A DNA stretch of 64,000 nt from Zancudomyces culisetae HAW-14-8. Lineage: Eukaryota; Fungi; Kickxellomycota. Position numbers and translations under genes: made by a program. Under the pieces are notes generated by a model, which saw only the letters and a list, made by a program, of their open reading frames with translations, did no database searches and had not been told where the DNA came from. Of the stretch, positions 58,060 to 64,000 are shown in pieces; position 1 is the first letter of the stretch; every line of letters begins with the position of its first letter. Location: the NCBI GenBank assembly GCA_052426225.1, contig JBNJNM010000015.1:682001-746000 (forward strand), in the 5' to 3' direction.

Positions 58060-59906
58060 TTATTTCTTATAATCAATACAAACCATGGGCACGATTCCGA
58101 TATTTTTCTGGGCATGGTGTTTTACTAGAGCCCATCCATCAGAAAATACCTTTATGATCCTCAATCTATCGCCAACTTTGAGTTCAAGCTCATCATATTC
58201 ATTTGGCGTGTAATCATACACTACGTCATAAAGAGTTTCATCCTTATGGAAGGATGAAACACTTATCACACTGAGTTTTTTGCCATCACTACTTGAGGGC
58301 TGATGACTATCATCTGAATAATAAGGCGTAGGTAATGTTTTTTGTTTTACTTTCATTTCGTAGCTTTCACCTGGTGCGCTCATACTTCCCTTTCCAACCG
58401 CTCTACCCTTACCGCTACTTGGTCTGCTCATCTCAAATGTATTTTCATACGTTCTTTGTCCTCGTTTTCCGGACTTTTCATATTTCCCGGTTCGACCATT
58501 CTTTTCCAACCTGTACTTGTCATTTTCACTTACGGATTTTTTCACTGGGTAGTCGGGTATGTTGATACCTATACCACTTTCTCTCCATTCATTACTATCT
58601 CTTCTTGCTTTTGCCTGACGGCTGGTTGGAAAAGAGTCCCCTACGTAGCTCCTGCTAATATCATGCTGAACCTCTTTCTGGAAGGAATAAAATGATGCTT
58701 CCTCGTCTATTCTCATCTCCACCTGATATTTATCCAAGGGACCCACAGATCTTGCCGACTCTCGAATGCTGCCTTTATCGTTTCCAGTTTTTTTCTTTTT
58801 TTTTCTCTCCTCTTTGTCACTGTTGTAGTTGTTTGGTCTATACAAGTATGAGTCATTCTTTACATTTTTCCCATAGCTGACTTTACTATCTACACTTGTG
58901 TTGCTATTGTTTTCATGCTCCGTCATGTTATTATAGTTAGCATAGCTCATATTTTCTATGCTTTGGGTTTCTTTTGGATATCCAATCACAAGCCTGTTTC
59001 CCCCATATTCATAGTCAATCTTATTTCTTTGCTGCTTTCGCTTTTTTATATGCCTTACTATCAAAATGATGAGCAAAACTAAAACAATCAACGAAACCAC
59101 TGCCATCATTGCTGCCATCACTGCAATATCCTTGGCATTTGCTGTTAGTCCCGTGCATTCTTTGCTAACAATATCTAGTTTGCAACATAGATCGTCAGGA
59201 TTTTCATCACAATAACTACACTTGGAACTTGCTGATGCCAGCCTCTTCTCTATTTTCATTTTGTTGTATTCCATTAGCAATTATTTTTATAGTATTCAAT
59301 TAATCTAGCTATATAAACTCTATACTTACCACAACTAACTATTTTTCTGGGTTCAACTTTGATACAGTCTTCATTTTGCCCATTGAACGGGTATTGGTAG
59401 CATGTACCCATTAGTAGGTCTATGTTGGTTGATTGTGTTTGGTTGGATTTTTCACATTTATCGCTATTCACCTCAATAAAATCGACCCACTCATTGACAT
59501 AATCCACGCACGTCGACTGGCATAGTGTGCTTGGGTGTAAATCTTTATTACACGCCTCGACACTGGTGTTGTTCAGCAACCCTTCGCATACATACGCAGT
59601 TCTTAGCGAGGGGCTTTGTGAAAATGGGATTCCTGTACATCCAAATGATTCTTTTATTTGGTTGTTCCAGTTTAAAAAGTAGCTGTTCAGAAATGAATCA
59701 AACTGATTAATGTTTGCTATCGTTTTATTCATGTACGTCATTCTAGGAAACGAAAACTCGCCAAAATCGGTACCACAGTATTTGGAGGACTGCAGCGAGA
59801 AGCATCCGTCTTCTTCGCCATCTCTCCTCTTCAACCCCAAATTCATTCTTCTAACGAGCTCCCTACTAGCCCTATTCTCAAAGTTAGCCATCTCCTTGAG
59901 GTTCAT
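58060..59906 (-). CDS. Single-pass protein with a Cys-rich ectodomain, TM helix and C-terminal SH3; exons 59906-59330, 59249-58060
   Basis: CFSLQSSKYC...LCQSTC Cys-rich domain; intron GTAAGT..GCTAAT..TAG keeps the frame; TM AVMAAMMAVVSLIVLVLLIILIV then a basic stop-transfer; SH3 VVYDYTPNEYDELELKVGD..DGWA..GIVP. Confidence 0.88.
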
Positions 59907-61898
59907 TTTATATATGTGCTTTTGTCACCCCAGACCCCTACCTAATTTTCTTCTTTTCTGTGTGTAAAGTTGTATATATATGCTTGTGTTGTATAAGTTG
60001 CGTATCAAATTCAGTTGGCTATGTTCCACCTTTCGGTTAAGGTTATCGTTCCTCTATCCTTCTTTTCGTTTGCCAACCTTGTGGAATAGTACACTTTAAT
60101 CACTCTCTAGATGTATCAATATGTTCTGTAAAGCTTATAGAAGCGTATTATAAGAGATAGCTTTGTTGAATGCGGAAGATATTATTGTTTTTCTAACTGC
60201 CAGTATGTATTGGTTAAAGAATATACTTTTACGACCTTTTTTTTTTACTAAAGAGAATACTCAAGCTCTATACTTCTGAATTTACTCTTTATCACTATCA
60301 ATATTGAAATTTGTTAAATTAGTTTGCTTTTTTCTACAAAAATACAACCACAAAGTACTATAAAGCATAAATTATGAAAATAAATTCTACATAGTCTGTA
60401 TAAACGATAACTATAATACGTGTGACATTAGTACAACAACCTGATATATAAATGAATACTGTAAACCACAGAGAAAAAAAATGAAAGAAAAAAAATGAGG
60501 GCGAACCTATATATTTTCTTTAGAGGCCTGGGAAGCAACCACACAAATGATGGAAAAAAGTTGCAATTATATTTATCCGTGCCAGCATGCCTATTGACAT
60601 GGGTAATCTTACTTTCTCTGTGCCAATTTTTCAAAAATATAAAGTAGCCCTTATGATATGTTCTAGGCGTGTAACATGGATATATTCCTTTCAATTGGTG
60701 GTATTTCTCCTATCTACGTTCATCCTTGGTGAGATTTTTTTACCACTTTCATTGTTCATGTTAACTATTTTTCCTCTGTTCGTTATTTCGACATCTTTTT
60801 GATTTACAGTGGAAATAAAGGGAAAAAAAAAACTATAAGGGTAAGTCAAATAAATTCACAGCATAATCTATAATTAGCATTTTTAGTTCTCATCCAGGGT
60901 TCTTGCAAACAAAAGAATTGTAGATTTTGGAATCAGACCAAAACCAAAGTTGGCACTAAACAATCAAGCTGTGATGGTGTCTACAATTGCGTTTATCATT
61001 TCTGCTTCTTTTAATATTAATTTCTGTAATGGGCTAAACATACATCGAAAATCCTGCCAGATTATATACGCACTTTCAAGCAAATAATTGGATATTATTT
61101 TTTTTTCTTTAACTTTCATGTAAATCAGATTTTTGACTTTATATGCTCTACAAAGATAAAAGTAGCTTAAACCCACCTTCAGAACCGAATTTGCAGAAAC
61201 AAGCTTTTTCAAAAGCAGAGTAACACTAACTTTTATGATGTACAATATTCAAAACATGACAAACAATGCCGATGCTAGTAGCGAAAAAAAAGATTATGTT
61301 TTAGACAATAAAACGAGCGACTTGATTTTATGGATTCACCACAAAACCTATCCATTCCAAAATATTGATCATATATAGCCTGTATAGGCTCTTAGGTACA
61401 CCACTTAAATTATAACTGCGTGCAAGTTGGTCTTAACTCGACCACTATTTTTATTTATCCTTGGGGGGGAAGAAAATTGAGCAGATAAATGAAGTATTGT
61501 TTTTTAAATACCTAGCGGTCTTGTTGGACGTAATTGCTTTTTTTAAAAACAAAAAGACTGGTAAATACATCTAAAAATTGACTGCTCACTGCTTCTTTCT
61601 GTATAGTTTGTGACCAAGTACCAGATATTTGTGTTTTCACCTCGAAGTATTCAAGTGTGTATTAATACCCTTTTTTTAAAAAAAAAATTGATTGTTGCCA
61701 ACAATAGATCAAAATGGGCTAACAAGTATAGTCAGCTACGAATACACCAGACACATTTTTATTTCAATAACAGCTAAAGGCAAACTTACGCAAATTATAA
61801 AAAAAGTATATCAACTCTGTACAGAGCCGTAGTGTTATCTGAATGTTCAAAATGGTAAAGACCAGGTCCGTTTGGCGCTACATGATCTTTACGTATAT

Positions 61899-63776
61899 TT
61901 ATATAAATATGTACTTTGGCTTTGCTTTGAATCTGAGCAGTACATATGCAACAGTATAAAAAGCTACACCTATTGTCAGTGTAAAAACAACACACGGGAG
62001 TATCCCAAGAGAATTTAAGTTGAAGGAGTCTAATACAGCTTCACCTGTAGGGTAACAAACTGATTTATCATTGTCACACTCAAACTTTAGACCTGTAAAC
62101 AGATTCTGCATCTGTGCCATATAGGTGTAGTAAATATAAGACACATACCTAATCCATGATAATACTGCTGGAATGGTTCCTGCATTAACAAGATTTCCAC
62201 CGTATATCAGAAAAACTGTAAGAACGATTGGAGCTAATATTGATGCGACTTCAGCATTAGATACCGATGCAGAAACAGCCATTGCAAATCCAAATGATGT
62301 AAACACCGTAGACAAGTATATTGCCATAAATACAAGGTACTTTATAAAGTTGTGCTGAAATTTAACCAAAAGATAAATGCCACTGAGCATAATGAAATTT
62401 TGTGCGATTGCAATTGGAAGCTTTGTTAAGATAACCGAAAGCATATATGTTGAGACCCGATACGCACCACTCGCTCTTTCTCTTGTCATAACTGATCGTT
62501 CGTATATAAGAACGCCTAAGATCGGCATAATTACTGGAAAAATAAGATTGATAGTAATTAAAAAAATCAAACCAATTCTGTTCTGGGCCTTTTGAAATCC
62601 ACTTCCAGGATTGAAAAACGTAAATCCAACTAGCAGCATTGTTATAATGGAGCTCAAAAGAGCTGAGAATAGCACTTGTTTTTCTCGCACTTGCTTTAAC
62701 CATGATCTCCGTAACAATATAAATAGCTCCTTTGGCCAACTGTTGTTGAATCGTGATTTTTTTCGTCCAAAGAAAGCAACCCTACGAGACACTCGTCTAC
62801 ATAGTGCGCCTCCCCTAGAAAGCACTGAGCTACGATTTGTTTGATCACGTGAAGCTTGAATATTTTCTTCTTCTTTTGTGTCACTGCTTTCTCTTGCCAT
62901 CTTTTCTGCCCAGGAATTTTTTATATGTTCTACTCGTTTGGTAGATTCCTCGAGTGACTCTTCAGAAAGTGTATCAAGCGTCATCAAGTTAATGAAAAAA
63001 TCTGCCGGATTTTCCTGTGTAGGACAGTCGTATCCTATTGAGCTAAAGTAATCCAATGAGTCAGCACGTGAACCCATGTACACAACGCCACCAGGTGCAA
63101 GTAGAACTAGCTTATCAAATAATGAATATATTGTCGAATTGGGCTGATGTATAGAGCATACTGTTATCACATTTTTCTCGATAGTGAATTCTTTTATAAG
63201 CTTTATTACATTCTCTGCTGAATTGGAGTCAAGTCCGGATGTTGGTTCGTCCAACATAAGCATAAGTGGATCAGTTATTATCTCGACACCTATTGAAACT
63301 CTCTTTCTCTCGCCTCCTGAAACGCCTCGGATCTTCTCGTTGCCTATCAACGTATTCCTGGAGTTGGTTAGTCGTAGTTGTCTGATGACATTCTCTACTC
63401 TTTCCTTTTTATCACTGAGGTTAAACCTTTTGTTATCGACTCTAAGTTTTGCCGCATACAAAAGCGTTTCATACACTGTGAGAGTAGGATATAACAAGTC
63501 ATCTTGCTCTACGTATGCAATCATTTTCTTAAACTGACTTTCCACTCGTCTACTTCCGTTAAACAGTATTTCACCTGTAACTATACCACCAGTAACCCTT
63601 CCTGCTAAGATATTTAGTAGTGTCGTTTTTCCCGCGCCAGAACTGCCGATAATTGCGACCAGTTCTCCTCCAACAAAATTCCCATTTACATTTTTTAAAA
63701 TATGTCTTGTGACAGCCTTTTTTCCTTTTCCCGTCCTTACTTTGTAGTTAATGTCATTGAATTCTAGAGTATTCAT
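61899..63776 (-). CDS. ABCG (White-type) half transporter
   Basis: Walker A GSSGAGKT, signature VSGGERKRVSIG, LDEPTSGLDS, SIHQP, and a C-terminal ABC2 membrane domain. Confidence 0.95.
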   Translation of the reverse strand: MNTLEFNDINYKVRTGKGKKAVTRHILKNVNGNFVGGELVAIIGSSGAGKTTLLNILAGRVTGGIVTGEILFNGSRRVESQFKKMIAYVEQDDLLYPTLTVYETLLYAAKLRVDNKRFNLSDKKERVENVIRQLRLTNSRNTLIGNEKIRGVSGGERKRVSIGVEIITDPLMLMLDEPTSGLDSNSAENVIKLIKEFTIEKNVITVCSIHQPNSTIYSLFDKLVLLAPGGVVYMGSRADSLDYFSSIGYDCPTQENPADFFINLMTLDTLSEESLEESTKRVEHIKNSWAEKMARESSDTKEEENIQASRDQTNRSSVLSRGGALCRRVSRRVAFFGRKKSRFNNSWPKELFILLRRSWLKQVREKQVLFSALLSSIITMLLVGFTFFNPGSGFQKAQNRIGLIFLITINLIFPVIMPILGVLIYERSVMTRERASGAYRVSTYMLSVILTKLPIAIAQNFIMLSGIYLLVKFQHNFIKYLVFMAIYLSTVFTSFGFAMAVSASVSNAEVASILAPIVLTVFLIYGGNLVNAGTIPAVLSWIRYVSYIYYTYMAQMQNLFTGLKFECDNDKSVCYPTGEAVLDSFNLNSLGILPCVVFTLTIGVAFYTVAYVLLRFKAKPKYIFI

Positions 63777-64000
63777 TTTTTAATTTCTACTTGAATCACC
63801 ACCGCTAAAAAATATATCTAAACAGGTATCAATAAAACAAATATAGAATACTAATATAAAAATATGTGCCTATTTATGCAGCTTTTATTTTCATTTAGTT
63901 TGCTTTGCTTTTAATCTTTAGTAGCACAACACCTTCGCATTTTACTTTTTCCTTGAACGATCAACAACGCTGGCATCAATAACAGAGCCAGCTACCCAGT

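Noticed and set aside
63942-64000. Possible 3' end of a minus-strand gene (...WVAGSVIDASVVDRSRKK*)
   Set aside because: Only 59 nt fall in the window, too little to support a call.
1-64000. CRISPR arrays, rRNA, snRNA or intact transposons
   Set aside because: I recognised no repeat-spacer arrays, RNA gene motifs, reverse transcriptase, integrase or transposase.

Overview
AT-rich eukaryotic genomic DNA with short GT-AG introns. The gene set is fungal (Rom/Rgf-type GEF, SreA-type GATA factor). Calreticulin, trypsin-like secreted proteins and long low-complexity insertions suggest an early-diverging fungus, possibly Kickxellomycotina/Harpellales (inference). Conserved genes: a 5'-partial bHLH factor, gamma-COP, TAF5, a 4-exon COX7C/COX8 missed by the ORF track, calreticulin, a Rho1 GEF, an iron-responsive GATA factor, SKI2, a peroxisomal enoyl-CoA isomerase, a 7-exon ADHFE1, a Cys-rich/TM/SH3 protein and an ABCG half-transporter. 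There are two accessory islands. The first (~9.9-15.2 kb) holds four secreted proteins, including a trypsin homolog missing all three catalytic residues. The second (~29-40 kb) holds a three-member family of small RRM-like proteins; two copies lie in ~1.1-kb direct repeats that bracket a disrupted F-box-like/ankyrin gene, whose in-frame TGA is followed by a SECIS-like 3' hairpin. The most striking pattern is a strong purine-to-pyrimidine (G-over-C to C-over-G) skew flip near the middle of several long genes, which changes both codon use and protein composition.
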